Positions 13,301 to 28,118 of a stretch of 64,000 nt of DNA are shown piece after piece. Under the pieces are notes generated by a model that did not search any database, was not told where the DNA came from, and saw nothing but the letters and a program-made list of their open reading frames with translations. A program made the position numbers and the translations under genes. This DNA comes from Eledone cirrhosa. Taxonomy: Eukaryota. Position 1 is the first letter of the stretch. The number at the start of each line of letters is the position of its first letter. The stretch spans positions 266,724,001 through 266,788,000 of the forward strand of contig OZ024741.1 in the NCBI GenBank assembly GCA_964016885.1, written 5' to 3'.

Positions 13301-14984
13301 TGTGACTGACAGATAGTATCAGTAATGGAAAGACCTATGGAAACATAGTTTCTATGGTCAGATCTGGTGATCAGTTCCTTTCTTCTGCCAGGAGTGGTGA
13401 CTGACAGATAGTATCAGTAATGGAAAGACCAATTGAAACATAGCTTCTATGGTCAGATCTTTCTTCTGCCAGGAGTTGTGACAGACAGATAGTATCAGTA
13501 ATGGAAAGACCAATGGAAACATAGTTTCTATGGTCAGATCTGGTGATAAGCTCCTTTCTTCTGCCAGGAGTTGTGACTGACAGATAGTATCAGTAATGGA
13601 AAGACCAATGGAAACATAGTTTCTATTGTCAGATCTGGTGATCAGCTCCTTTCTTCTGCCAGGAGTTGTGACAGACAGATAGTATCAGTAATGGAAAGAC
13701 CAATTGAAACATAGCTTCTATGGTCAGATCTGGTGATCAGCTCCTTTCTTCTGCCAGGAGTTGTGACAGACAGATAGTATCAGTAATGGAAAGACCAATT
13801 GAAACATAGCTTCTATGATCAGATCTGGTGATCAGCTCATTTCTTCTGCCAGGAGTTGTGACTGACAGATAGTATCAGTAATGGAAAGACCTATGGAAAC
13901 ATAGTTTCTATGGTCAGATCTGGTGATCAGCTACTTTCTTCTGTCAGGAGTTGTGACTGAGAGATAGTATCAGTAATGGAAAGACCAATTGAAACATAGT
14001 TTCTATGGTCAGATCTGGTGATCAGCTCCTTTCTTCTGCCAGGAGTTGTGACTGACAGATAGTATCAGTAATGGAAAGACCAATGGAAACATAGTTTCTA
14101 TGGTCAGCTCTGGTGATCAGCTCCTTTCTTCTGCCAGGAGTTGTGACAGACAGATAGTATCAGTAATGGAAAGACCAATTGAAACATAGCTCCTATGATC
14201 AGATCTGGTGATCAGCTCCTTTCTTCTGCCAGGAGTTGTGACTGACAGATAGTATCAGTAATGGAAAGACCTATGGAAACATAGCTTCTATGGTCAGATC
14301 TGGTGATCAGCTCCTTTCTTCTGCCAGGAGTTGTGACTGACAGATAGTATCAGTAATGGAAAGACCAATGGAAACATAGCTTCTATGATCAGATCTGGTG
14401 ATCAGCTCCTTTCTTCTGCCAGGAGTTGTGACTGACAGATAGTATCAGTAATGGAAAGACCTATGGAAACATAGTTTCTATGGTCAGATCTGGTGATCAG
14501 GTCCATTCTTCTGCCAGGAGTTGTGACTGACAGATAGTATCAGTAATGGAAAGACCAATTGAAACATAGCTTCTGTGGTCAGATCTGGTGATCAGCTCCT
14601 TTCTTTTGCCAGGAATTGTGACTGAGAGATAGTATCAGTAATGGAAAGACCTATGGAAACATAGTTTCTATAGTCATATCTGGTGATCAGCTCCTTTCTT
14701 CTGTCAGGAGTTGTGACTGAGTGATAGTATCAGTAATGGAAAGACCAATTGAAACATAGTTTCTATGGTCAGATCTGGTGATCAGCTCCTTTCTTCTGCC
14801 AGGTGTTGTGACTGACAGATAGTATCAGTAATGGAAAGACCAATGGAAACATAGTTTCTATGGTCAGATCTGGTGATCAGCTCCTTTCTTCTGCCAGGAG
14901 TTGTGACTGACAGATAGTATCAGTAATGGAAAGACCAATTGAAACATAGCTTCTATGGTCAGATCTGGTGATCAGCTCCTTTCC
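7376..14984. repeat. 95-bp tandem satellite array, about 80 units
   Basis: Unit gatctggtgatcagctcctttcttctgccaggagttgtgactgacagatagtatcagtaatggaaagacctatggaaacatagtttctatggtca. Unit starts at 7376, 7471, 7566 and so on. Confidence 0.98.
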
Positions 14985-15434
14985 TTTAACTTTCTTCTTG
15001 AAACAGATCCATTCAGTCACCCTTTCTTTCGGGAGCCATTTTTTTTTTACTAAACATTTGTGCTTCACTTCACCTTGACTTAAGGAAACCATTTGATATA
15101 CATAGTTCCCTTTCAGTCTTTGCCATTATTCACCTTGCTTTGTATTCAAGTTGAAAAGGTTCCAGTGTGTATATTGTGTATATTCTGTACATTTACTCTC
15201 ATAAACCACTGTACATAGTTCAGACAGCCGACTGGCATATTTCTATAGATGTGTGTCTATGACTCTGTGTGTGTGTATACATATGTATATGTACATATGT
15301 ATATATATATATTATATTATATTATTTATGCACATGTATGTTATACTATATGAAATTTGAATTGAATTAGTAGCTTTCACTCTATGTTTGACTACAGAAA
15401 ATAGTCTACAGAATGGAAAAATGTTGGTATGGAC

Positions 15435-15577
<143 letters not shown>

Positions 15578-15621
15578 TATACGTTATTAACAAATGGAAA
15601 CTATATTTATAAAACCATATT

Positions 15622-15686
15622 TATTTCATTATACATATTTCAAGGATACCAAGTTAAATTATGGTATGCCTTCATCAGACAAAATA
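15622..15686 (-). ncRNA. Type I hammerhead ribozyme (family shared with 53982, 54142, 58080)
   Basis: tattttgt CTGATGA aggcatacca-loop-tggtatcctt GAAAT atgt ATA atgaaata. Confidence 0.8.
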
Positions 15687-15909
15687 CAATATATACCAGT
15701 TTTATAAATAAAAATTGACGTACCCTTTCAAAATGCAACCGTTACTTTTGGAAGACATCAGGATATATAGATATATATCAGGATATATATATATAGATAT
15801 ATATATAGTTCAAGAATAGACAAGACAAACAGAGATGCAAAAACACAATCTTTTATTAATTCACACATAAGAAACGGAGAATCAGTGGTGCGACGAATAA
15901 AATTTATTA

Positions 15910-16004
15910 GACATATTACAATCGTTTCTCTGGCGACCAGCTCGTGGCACGATCGATGTAATGATTGAACCTGACTCTGAAATCGCAAGGTCCTCAGATA
16001 CGTC
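15910..16004 (-). ncRNA. Type I hammerhead with extended helix II (family shared with 49394)
   Basis: gacgtat CTGAGGA ccttgcga...tcgccaga GAAAC gatt GTA atatgtc. Confidence 0.75.
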
Positions 16005-16125
16005 TGATTGTGGTTGTAGTTGCAGGGTGGTGGTGATTGCTGTTGTGTTTGCTTTATGGGGGTTATGTATATATATATGTGTGTGTGTGTATATACATAA
16101 ACATACTTACAAATATGTATATATA

Positions 16126-16160
<35 letters not shown>

Positions 16161-16163
<3 letters not shown>

Positions 16164-16743
16164 GTTATATAGTAAGGTGCATTATTGGTTGTGTAAAATG
16201 GTCCAATAACTTTATGTTAGCAATATTAAGTTCTCCACGCTTTTGTATATCTCCAATTCCATTCGAGGGAACAGCTAGATGATGTAAAACGGAGTATAAG
16301 TATCAACATGAAAATCCGAAGGCAATGTAAAATTCCAATCATTTAATCACGACACATGTTTCAATAAGAGATAGATCGATTGTGAAGCCATGATCGATTA
16401 TCACTGATCTCATCAGGTGAAAATGAATTGTCTTCAAATTCTTGACATGAGGGAGAAAAATAACGATGTTCTCTCACAGAATTCATTCCCTCATATGAGG
16501 TGATAATCGATCATGGCTTCACAATCGATCTATCTCTTATTGAAACACGTGTCGTGATTAAATGATTGGAATTTTACCTTGCCTTCGGATTTTCATTTTG
16601 ATACTTATACTCCGTTTTACATCATCTAACTGTTCCCTCGAATGGAATTGGAGATATACAAAAGCGTGGGGAACTTAATATTGCTAACATAAAGTTATTG
16701 GACCATTTTACACAACCAATAATGCACCTTACTATATAACAAC
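16161..16743. repeat. Long inverted repeat (arms 16161-16404 and 16500-16743)
   Basis: The arms are reverse complements with few mismatches, bounded by (TA)n on both sides. Confidence 0.95.
16347..16420 (-). ncRNA. Type I hammerhead ribozyme
   Basis: tcac CTGATGA gatcag...atcgat hairpin...cttatt GAAAC atgt GTC gtga. The base of helix II is imperfect. Confidence 0.65.
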
Positions 16744-16754
16744 TATATATATAT

Positions 16755-17189
16755 ATTCTATTTCATTTATCGTTTTCGGTGCGCCCAGCCGACTGAACTC
16801 ACTCGATATGCAAATTAGGCTGCTCAGCCGTTAATATGCATAAGGAAAGTATATACTTTCAGACGTTCAACCATCTGGCAGAAAGGTATACGATGCTGAC
16901 GATAGCTAATAAGGTTGAAACTAGTACATCGTTCCTGTGTCAGTGTTGAATAAAAAGGTGACTTGGTTGCCTAAACACTGTACGGCGTAATTCGGGGTGT
17001 TTGTTTGTTTACAAACAAACAAACCGAGCATTATAATAAATGTTCGGTAAACCGATACGTGCATGTAGGTATATGTATACATACTACTGTACGTGTGTAT
17101 ACATATATGTATGTACGTATACATACATACATACTTGCATTTAAGTAAGTGCCGTACTAACAGTGAGAAATGAAATTTCGTTTCATTCT

Positions 17190-17192
<3 letters not shown>
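16755..17192 (+). mobile_element. About 430-nt hammerhead-bearing retrozyme-like element (family R)
   Basis: Other copies at 18045-18375, 21400-22122 and 28413-28744. No coding capacity; one HHR per unit. Confidence 0.7.
16890..16932 (+). ncRNA. Minimal type I hammerhead (family R)
   Basis: acgatg CTGACGA tagctaataaggtt GAAAC ta GTA catcgt, with a perfect 6-bp helix I. Confidence 0.85.
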
Positions 17193-17234
<42 letters not shown>

Positions 17235-17470
17235 TATATATACATATTTGTAAGTATGTTTATGTATACACACACACACATATATATATATACATACCCC
17301 CCCCCCCATAAAGCAAACACAACAGCAATCACCACCACCCCACAACCACAATCACAACACTTCCACTCCGCCACCACCAAATAGCAAGTCATTTCTCTCT
17401 TTTATTATAACGTTGCTTATTTTCAAGTTACTACATTATATTTCATATATGTACTGAACTGGACTAGTTT

Positions 17471-17558
<88 letters not shown>

Positions 17559-17592
17559 GGAAAATGAATGCTAAACAATTATAATGATGATG

Positions 17593-17665
<73 letters not shown>

Positions 17666-17846
17666 CCCGAATCTTCCTGATCGTAATTTTTCGGTCGTAT
17701 GGTTGATTTTAGACATAATCTATGTGTGTTGGTATTTTAACGATAGTTATAGCTCTGATTTCTCTGAATTATTGAGCCCTCTGCCACTCATGTCGAATTT
17801 TGTTTATCGTGAACTCGTGCGCCGATTTTTCGATACTCGATTATTC

Positions 17847-17884
<38 letters not shown>

Positions 17885-17911
17885 AGGGAGTGTAACTTGG
17901 AGTATCTTATT

Positions 17912-17968
<57 letters not shown>

Positions 17969-18044
17969 CCATAAATATTCAGACCAATTCATATCTGAAT
18001 GTTAGCTAATGGGAATATAGAACAAAAGATTATATATATATAGA

Positions 18045-18375
18045 AACAATGAAACGAAATTTCATTTCTCACTCTTAGTACTTAAATATAAGTATGTATA
18101 CGTACATACATATATATATACAGACGTACAGTAGTATGTATATATATACATACATGCACACATATATATATGTACGTATGGATGGTTGGTAAACACTGTA
18201 CGACTTAATTCGGGATGTTTGTTTGTTTACAAACAAACCGAGCATTATGATAAATGTTCGGTAAATCCATACGTATATATACATATATATGTGTGCATGT
18301 ATGTATATATATATATACATACTACTGTACGTCTGTATACATATATATATGTACGTATACATATAAAAACATACT
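18045..18375. mobile_element. Family R fragment in fold-back arrangement
   Basis: 18045-18182 is family R on the minus strand; 18183-18375 is family R on the plus strand. Confidence 0.75.
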
Positions 18376-18433
<58 letters not shown>

Positions 18434-18450
18434 TGTGTATGTATCCCCCC

Positions 18451-18512
<62 letters not shown>

Positions 18513-18984
18513 CATGAATTATCACCTACATACAAAAATTAGCAAAACATGAAAATCTGACAATGTCAGTTTACACAGTAAATATACATACATATACACA
18601 TTCATAAATACATACACATACATACGTATATATACACATGCATAAATACATACACATAGATACGTACATACATACATACACACACAATCATGTATATATA
18701 TCTGATGCCCACGCACACACAAACATATGTATGTATGAATATTAAACTGACATTGGTACATTTTCTTGTTTCCCTTATTTGTCTTTGTATGTATGTGTTT
18801 TTGTAGTAAATATATATACATTCTCTCCTTATCTTAATTTATATTCCTTTGAAGTTCCGATGAGCCGCTCTGTTTTTAGAGTAGCGAAACAATTGTACGC
18901 TTTGGCTTCTAACTTATTCACCAATCTCTCCTCTCTTATCTCCTTTCCTCTCCATCTCTCTCTTTAAGATTGGTTACTCTTGAA

Positions 18985-19045
<61 letters not shown>

Positions 19046-19607
19046 CAGGTTTAGCAAATAATGAAAAAGTTTCAAAATAAATTTTAAAAAATTGACTTTA
19101 CTTACTATAGTTACCTTATATATATATATATACATTTAAAGTATATGATAAACACGAAATGTGTTTACATTGCAACAGACAAAGTTAGCTATTAATGAAA
19201 TAAACTAATAAAAGTGAATACAATTTGTCTGTCTCGATACAAGTCAATAAAGACAAGGTTATATTGGCAACTGCCATAATTCCTGGACATATTTAAATTT
19301 CAAAATTCAAACCTGTTCTGTAGACGAATTTGAACCTCGAAACCCAAATAAGTTTCGCAATGGTGGAATGTGAATTGAAAAATAAAGAGAATCGAAATGG
19401 AATAGAAATAAAAGAGTGAAATGTCCAAATCATCTGTGCATATCAACAGGAATCCAGAAAGATTAGTCTATCACACATCAACAATTTTGCAGGACTGACT
19501 ACACGTGGGTAGGCAGGCCAAAACTAGCTATCCCACATTCACGGTGCTAGAAATAACAGCCGCTTATGCAGGATTAAAGATCAGCTCTTACAATAAAGGA
19601 GCTATAC

Positions 19608-20012
19608 ATTATATTATATTTTGAGAATAAACTCTCAGTCGTTTACAATAATTAAGCTCCAGGAAGGGGCTCTTCCGAGCAGTTAAATACATTTAAAGTA
19701 TATGATAAACACGAAATGTGTTTACATTGCAACAGACAAAGTTAGCTATTAATGAAATAAACTAATAAAAGTGAATACAATTTGTCTGTCTCGATACAAG
19801 TCAATAAAGATTTTATTGACTTGTATCGAGACAGACAAATTGTATTCACTTTTATTAGTTTATTTCATTAATAGCTAACTTTGTCTGTTGCAATGTAAAC
19901 ACATTTCGTGTTTATCATATACTTTAAATGTATTTAACTGCTCGGAAGAGCCCCTTGCTGGAGCTTAATTATTGTAAACGACTGAGAGTTTATTCTCAAA
20001 ATATAATATAAT
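19608..20012. repeat. Near-perfect palindrome centred at about 19810
   Basis: 19608-19808 is the reverse complement of 19812-20012. Part of the left arm is also directly repeated at 19130-19252. Confidence 0.95.
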
Positions 20013-20028
20013 ATATATATATATATAT

Positions 20029-20060
<32 letters not shown>

Positions 20061-21380
20061 TTCGTTTCTGAATCTGTCTAGCAAGATTCTTTATCTGAAA
20101 ACGTGTGTTGAAACCGATATTGTTATACTTTGGGAGGGTCATGTTGCTAATAAGAAACACACGCACCAGTTGCTTTCACTTCAATTTATTATAAATTAAA
20201 TTTATAAATTTCTGGTTGGTTGGTTGGTTCCACAACCAGATGATTGTTCATATATTGTCAAAGTTCTTTCGTCACACATTCTGTGACCTCTTTTCTTTGT
20301 TTTTGTGCCTCTCCTTTGTTCAGCCCTACGCCATCTTGTTTTTAAAAAAAACAAGATAGCGTAGGGCTGATCGCATTAGGCGATTTAGCGATCTCTTTCT
20401 CTCTCTCTTAGTCTTTCTCTTTTTAGATAGATACATAGATATTACGTTGCGCCCTTATAATTGTTTCTACGTTTGTTTCTACGTTAGGCACAAGGCCAGC
20501 AATTACCCAGTGCATTACTGGTACTTTATTTTATCGACCCCGTAAGGATGAAAGGCAAAGTTAACCTTGGCGGGATTTGCGCCCTTATAATCTCTGTCTG
20601 TATGCCTGGCTGTCTGCATTACGTCATTATGACGCTGTGTGTGTGTGTGTGTGTGTGTATATAGTGTGTGTATATATATATATAGTGTGTAACGTTTTTC
20701 GAAATATTTACTTTTGCGTTCACAGATTTTTTTATTTTAATTTCAGAAGATCCCGTTAAGGGTGAAAGCAGCGATTCTTTGCTTAAACTTTAATCTGTCA
20801 TTTTAATATATATATGTATATATATTGTTATACTTTGGGAGAATCATGTTGCCAATAAGAAACACACGCACCAGTTGCTTTCACTCCAATTTATTATAAA
20901 TCAAATTTATAAATTTAAGGATTTATAAATTTCCGATTGGTTGGTTGGTGGTTGGTTCCAAAAAACCAACCAGTAACATATAAATAAACAAATAAATAAA
21001 CAAATAAAAACACATACAGACACCCGGATGTAACACATGCGCAAACGAAACACACAACACACACAAAAACAAGATGGCGTAGGACAGAACAAAGGAGAGG
21101 CACAAAACAAAGAGAAGAATCCCCAGTCACTGAAGAGGTCACAGAATGTGTGACGAAAGAACTTTGACAATATACGAACAACCGTCCGGTTGTGGAACCA
21201 ACCAACCAACCGGAAATTTATAAATCCTTAAATTTATAAATTTAATTTATAATAAATTGGAGTGAAAGCAACTGGTGCATGTGTTTCTTATTGGCAACAT
21301 GACCCTCCCAAAGTATAACAATATCGGTTTCAACACACGTTTTCAGATAAAGAATCTTGCTAAACAAATTCAGAAACGAT
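20061..21380. repeat. Dispersed repeat family in direct and inverted copies (20061-20370, 20825-21380; also 33830-33960)
   Basis: Shared gttatactttgggagggtcatgttgc...ggttggttgg. 20825-20945 is inverted against 21200-21325. Confidence 0.8.
20459..20578 (-). mobile_element. SINE family A, 3' fragment
   Basis: Same core and tail as the full copies. Confidence 0.85.
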
Positions 21381-21399
21381 ATATATATGTATATATATA

Positions 21400-22122
21400 C
21401 ATACATACACACATATGTATATGTACGTATGGTTTTACCGAGCATTTATTATAATGCTCGGTTTGTTTGTAACCAAATATCCCGAATTAAGCCGTACAGT
21501 GTATAGCAACCATCGTTGCCCTTTTGTTCAACACTGACAAAGGAACGATGTACTAGTTTCAAGCTTATTAGCTATCGTCAGCACCGTATAGTTTCCCAAA
21601 CCAAAACCATACGTACATATATATGTGTGTGCATGTATATATATATATATACATACTACTGTACGTCTGTATACATATATGTATGTACGTATACATACTT
21701 ATATTTAAGTAACAGCCGTACTAAGAGTGAGAAATGAAATTTCGTTTCATTTTTTTCCATTTATCGATTTCGGTACGCCCGGCCGATTAACTCACTCGAT
21801 ATGCAAATTAGGCTGCTCAGCCGTTAATATGCATAAGGAAAATATATACTTTCAAACGTTCAATCATCTGGCAAGAAGGTATACGTTGCTGACGATAGCT
21901 AATAAGGTTGAAACTAGTTCATCGTTCCTTCGTCAGTGTTGAACAAAAGGGCAACGATGGTTGCTAGACACTGTACGGCTTAATTCGGGATATTTGGTTA
22001 CAAACAAACCGAGCATTATAATAAATGCTCGGTAAAACCATACGTACATATATATATGTGTGCATGTATGTATATATATACATAGTACTGTATACATATA
22101 TGTATGTACGTATACATACTTA
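21400..22122. mobile_element. Family R: inverted partial copy followed by a partial tandem (more than one unit)
   Basis: 21400-21590 on -, then 21603-22122 on +, with ccatacgtacatatat repeated about 430 bp apart. HHRs at 21545-21587 (-) and 21883-21925 (+). Confidence 0.8.
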
Positions 22123-22417
22123 AGATATATATATACTTATAAAGTGTTTATTGAAATTTGTATTCTATACTTAAGGAAAATTGATAATTAATTTCACATT
22201 TGCTGTAAAAATCGTATAAGCTTACCCGTTCGGTAAAGCTAATAATAATGATTTCTTTATTAGTTACTCAGGGCTGACATTAAACAAACAATAGAGATGA
22301 CACAGGATGATACAGTGTAGGGGTTGTGGGTAAAAAAGGAGGTTATAACAAAAACTAAAAAATAAACATTTAAAAAAAACAAAACAGATTCCCCAATGGG
22401 GGGGGGGGGGGGAGGGG

Positions 22418-22935
22418 CTCTGAGGGTCACTTGTGGAGAAAGTCCACAATAAGCCATGGTCACTCTGATTGCCAGGGGAGGGACCTCTGAGAGTCACTTG
22501 TGGAGAAAGTCCACAATAAGCCATGGTCACTCTGATTGCCAGGGGAGGGACCTCTGAGAGTCACTTGTGGAGAAAGTCCACAATAAGCCAGGTCACTCTG
22601 ATTGCTAGGGGAGGGACCTCTGAGAGTCACTTGTGGAGAAAGTCCACAATAAGCCAGGTCACTCTGATTGCTAGGGGAGGGACCTCTGAGGTTACCTTGT
22701 GAAGAAAGTTCACAATAAGCCCCCGTCACCCTGATTGCTAGGGGAGTGACTTCTGAGGGTCACTTGTGGAGAAAGTCCACAATAAGCCAGGTCACTCTGA
22801 TTGCTAGGGGAGTGACCTCTGAGGGTCACTTGTGAAGAAAGTCCACAATAAGCCACCGTCATCCTGATTGCTAGGGGAGGGACCTCTGAGGGTCACTTGT
22901 GAAGAAAGTCCACAATAAGCCCCTGATTGCTAGGG
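22418..22935. repeat. 66-67-bp minisatellite, about 8 units
   Basis: Unit ctctgagagtcacttgtggagaaagtccacaataagccaggtcactctgattgctaggggagggac. Confidence 0.95.
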
Positions 22936-23419
22936 CAAGTGTCCTCTGCTAGTTATCCTCCTCCAATATACAGACATATACTCAAAGCAGGTCATTCACT
23001 CAGACCCTTCTCCCCACTCTCACCCACCTTTCAACTCATTGGAAGGCAGCACTTCTCGCACCATCCTGGTTTTCCTTTTCAAGTGAGACCTGAAAAAATT
23101 AAATAGGCCTTTTCCAAAGCAGAAAGTGCTTGTCTTCGACCCTTTTAAACATGTCCACCACACGACCTCTTTTGCCATGGCCACCTGGCAGATAAAAACT
23201 ACATGTCCTTCCTGGCTAAAAGAAGGAAGTTGAGCAAACTTCACAATGGACTCTGCTGATAACTGGATCCATTCTACATGTGACAGCAGGTGTTCAACAT
23301 AAACCCACAAGTCAATACTCGGACACTCAACAAGTGTTTGCAGGATGGTTTCCTAGCCCTGAGCACATCTCAGACACACTTGGCCGATGGCACTTTCCAA
23401 ACAATTTTGTGGGGGGGGG

Positions 23420-23755
23420 GGTCGATTATATCAAACCCAGTATATTACTGGTACTATATTTTATCAACCCCTTAAGGATAAAAGGCAAAAGTAACATTGG
23501 CTGGATTTGAACTCAGAATCTAAAGGAACAAAACTATATGCTGTAAAGCATGCCTGGTGCTCTAACGGTGCTGCCAATAATAATAATTGTTTCTACTTTA
23601 GGCACAAGGCCAGCAATTACCCAGTACATTACTGGTACTTTATTTTATCGACCCCGTAAGGATGAAAGGCAAAGTTAACCTCGGCGGGATTTGAACTCAG
23701 ATCGTAAAGGGACGTAACTACGCTGGAAAGCATGGCGTCCGACCCTCTGCCAATA
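23420..23755 (-). mobile_element. Two tandem SINE family A copies (diverged 23420-23580, younger 23586-23755)
   Basis: Both carry the B-box complement ggatttgaactcag and the central core. Confidence 0.85.
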
Positions 23756-23869
23756 GTGAATTATAGGTGCAAGGCTAACAATTTGGAGGAGGGCTGAATA
23801 CATCAACCCCAGTATTTAACTGGTACTTTATATGTGGTGGTAGTGATGGTATACGCAGTATTGATAGTA

Positions 23870-24013
23870 GCGGCTGTGGTGTTGATGTATACATAAGTAG
23901 TAGTAGTTGTAGTAATAGTAGCAGTACTGTTGTTGTTGTGGTGGTGGTGGTGGTAGTTGTGTTGTTGATGTTGTGGGAGATGGTGTGTAGTGGTAAAACT
24001 GGTGTTGTTGTTG

Positions 24014-24049
<36 letters not shown>

Positions 24050-24129
24050 GTATTGTTTGTGGTGATAATAGTAGTGTTGTTATTGTGGGAGATGGTGTGT
24101 AGTGGTGGTGGTAGTAATAGTAGTAGTAA

Positions 24130-24179
<50 letters not shown>

Positions 24180-24180
24180 A

Positions 24181-24216
<36 letters not shown>

Positions 24217-24228
24217 CAGCAGCAGCAT
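23870..24228. repeat. (TAG)n/(TGG)n/(TTG)n trinucleotide tract
   Basis: Direct reading. Confidence 0.95.
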
Positions 24229-24399
24229 AACATTTTTTTTAAATCCCCGGTGCAAGCAGACCCCCCCCCCACATGTCTCACACACCCACGCATATGTTCA
24301 CACCTTGTCACTTTTCAAAAACACAAACACACACACTCTATTACACATACACAATCACACACACAAACACATACACATACACAACCACACCCACAAACA

Positions 24400-26790
24400 C
24401 ATACACACACTTTCACATATACACAATCACATGCACACACACACAACCACACACACACTTTCACATATACACAATCACATGCACGCACACACACAACCAC
24501 ACACACACTTTCACATATACACAATCACATGCACGCACACACACAACCACACACACACTTTCACATATACACAATCACATGCACGCACACACAACCACAC
24601 ACACTCTTTCACATATACACAATCACATGCACGCACACACACAACCACACACACTTTCACATATACACAATCACATGCACGCACACACACAACCACACAC
24701 ACACTTTCACATATACACAATCACATGCACGCACACACAATCACACACACACTTTCACATATACACAATCACATGCACACACACACAACCACACACACAC
24801 TTTCACATATACACAATCACATGCACGCACACATACAACCACACACACACTTTCACATATACACAATCACATGCACGCACACACACAACCACACACACAC
24901 TTTCACATATACACAATCACATGCACGCACACACAACCACACACACATTTTCACATATACACAATCACATGCACGCACACACAACCACACACACAATTTC
25001 ACATGTACACAATCACATGCACGCACACACACAACCACACACACACTTTCACATATACACAATCACATGCACGCACACACACAACCACACACACACTTTC
25101 ACATATACACAATCACATGCACGCACACACACAACCACACACACACTTTCACATATACACAATCACATGCACGCACACACAACCACACACACACTTTCAC
25201 ATATACACAATTACATGCACACACACACAACCACACACACACTTTCACATATACACAATCACATGCACGCACACACACAACCACACACACACTTTCACAT
25301 ATACACAATCACATGCACGCACACACACAACCACACACACACTTTCACATATACACAATCACATGCACGCACACACAACCACACACACACTTTCACATAT
25401 ACACAATCACATGCACGCACACACAACCACACACACAATTTCACATGTACACAATCACATGCACGCACACACACAACCACACACACACTTTCACATATAC
25501 ACAATCACATCCACGCACACACACAACCACACACACACTTTCACATGTACACAATCACATGCATGCACACACACAACCACACACACACTTTCACATATAC
25601 ACAATCACATGCACGCACACACAACCACACACACACTTTCACATATACACAATCACATGCACGCACACACACAACCACACACACACTTTCACATATACAC
25701 AATCACATGCACGCACACACAACCACACACACACTTTCACATATACACAATCACATGCACGCACACACAACCACACACACACTTTCACATGTACACAATC
25801 ACATGCACGCACACACACAACCATACACACACTTTCACATATACACAATCACATGCACGCACACACAACCACACACACACTTTCACATATACACAATCAC
25901 ATGCACGCACACACACAACCACACACACACTTTCACATATACACAATCACATGCACGCACACACACAACCACACACACACTTTCACATATACACAATCAC
26001 ATGCACGCACACACACAACCACACACACACTTTCACATATACACAATCACATGCACGCACACACACAACCACACACACACTTTCACATATACACAATCAC
26101 ATGCACGCACACACACAACCACACACACACTTTCACATATACACAATCACATGCACGCACACACAACCACACACACACTTTCACATATACACAATCACAT
26201 GCACGCACACACACAACCACACACACACTTTCACATATACACAATCACATGCACGCACACACAACCACACACACACTTTCACATATACACAATCACATGC
26301 ACGCACACACAACCACACACACAATTTCACATGTACACAATCACATGCACGCACACACACAACCACACACACACTTTCACATATACACAATCACATGCAC
26401 GCACACACAACCACACACACAATTTCACATGTACACAATCACATGCACGCACACACACAACCACACACACACTTTCACATATACACAATCACATGCACGC
26501 ACACACACAACCACACACACACTTTCACATATACACAATCACATGCACGCACACACACAACCACACACACACTTTCACATATACACAATCACATGCACGC
26601 ACACACAACCACACACACACTTTCACATATACACAATCACATGCACGCACACACACAACCACACACACACTTTCACATATACACAATCACATGCACGCAC
26701 ACACAACCACACACACACTTTCACATATACACAATCACATGCACGCACACACACAACCACACACACAATTTCACATGTACACAATGACAT
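24400..26790. repeat. 48-50-bp CA-rich minisatellite, about 48 units
   Basis: Unit actttcacatatacacaatcacatgcacgcacacacacaaccacacacac; length varies by CA slippage. Confidence 0.97.
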
Positions 26791-27527
26791 GCACACACAC
26801 ACACACACATACTCACACAACCATACACACAACCATACACACACACACACACACACAATCATACAGACACACGCACAATCACATACCAACAATCACATGC
26901 ACACACACACACAACCATATATGCACGACCGCACGCACACACACATACACAACCACACACACACACACATAAGCGTGTAACAAACGACCTTCCACATGAG
27001 TGGCGGATAGATGGTGACTAGGATGTTAATCCCACCCCGTCCCCGTCAACAGCAACAACAACAGTACGTGCTCTCTCTCTCTCTCTCATTCTATCTATCT
27101 ATCAGTCTCTCTCTCTACTCTATTCTACTCTATCAGTTACAGAGGCCACTGCAGTGTTAGTGTGTGGTGCCGTGTTGGGACATGAATCTATTTTACCACC
27201 ACCACCACCACCACCATCATCATCATCACTGTAATAATCACCGTCACTATATGTAAAGTCTTGCAGATGGAGGTATATATACATGTATATTTATTTATTT
27301 ATTTATAGTTTTATATGTAGATATATCATTTTTTGACCGGTGTTTTGTTTGTGTTCTATCTACCTGTCCGTCTGTCTCTTTATCTATCTATCTATCTATT
27401 TATTGGGCAAAATCGATTAATTTTTAAATTACATTGGTGATAATATTTTACGCGTTTTTATTGTATGTAAACTTCCCCCTTTGTATTTGTCCCTTTCTTT
27501 TGTGCCCCTGTGGCTAATAAAGAAACA

Positions 27528-27570
<43 letters not shown>

Positions 27571-27997
27571 TTGTGTGTTTATCTGTCTGTCCGTTCGTCT
27601 GTCTGTTTACCTGCCTTTCTGTCTATCCATATATCTAGTTTGTGCGCTATCTAGGAGCATGTTGTGAAAGGAGCACTTGCACAACATGCTCCTGGAGTTG
27701 AGGGTTGTTCTATCTACGGGGTATAAAACAACCCCTTTGTAACGCCTCCCCACTATTGGGGATTTCGATTGTTGAATTTTTTTTTTTTTTTACACGATTG
27801 TATGTAAGATCTCCGGCATATGTCCTTGTATTGTCCCCTTTTCTTGAGCGCCCTTGTGGCAAATAAAGAAATATATCTATCTGTCTGTCCTAACTATTTA
27901 TCTACCTGCCTACCTACCTATCTATCTGTCTGTGCGACTGTCTGTTTACCTGTCTTTCTGTTTATCTATCTATCTGTCTATTTATCCAACTGTCTCT

Positions 27998-28045
<48 letters not shown>

Positions 28046-28083
28046 ATACATGTACCCATACAAACACACAGATAGAAAGAATA

Positions 28084-28113
<30 letters not shown>

Positions 28114-28118
<5 letters not shown>

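Noticed and set aside
7376-14984. 95-bp satellite as a hammerhead satellite (minus strand CTGATCA...GAAAC-tat-GTT) or as a CRISPR array
   Set aside because: The core has C in place of G8, and helices I and II do not close properly. There are no unique spacers or cas genes.
20090-20130. ctgaaaa...gaaac motif as a hammerhead
   Set aside because: The core deviates and the helices are too weak to support a call.
23020-23310. Possible host exon
   Set aside because: No recognisable domain or convincing splice context; cannot be supported without a search.
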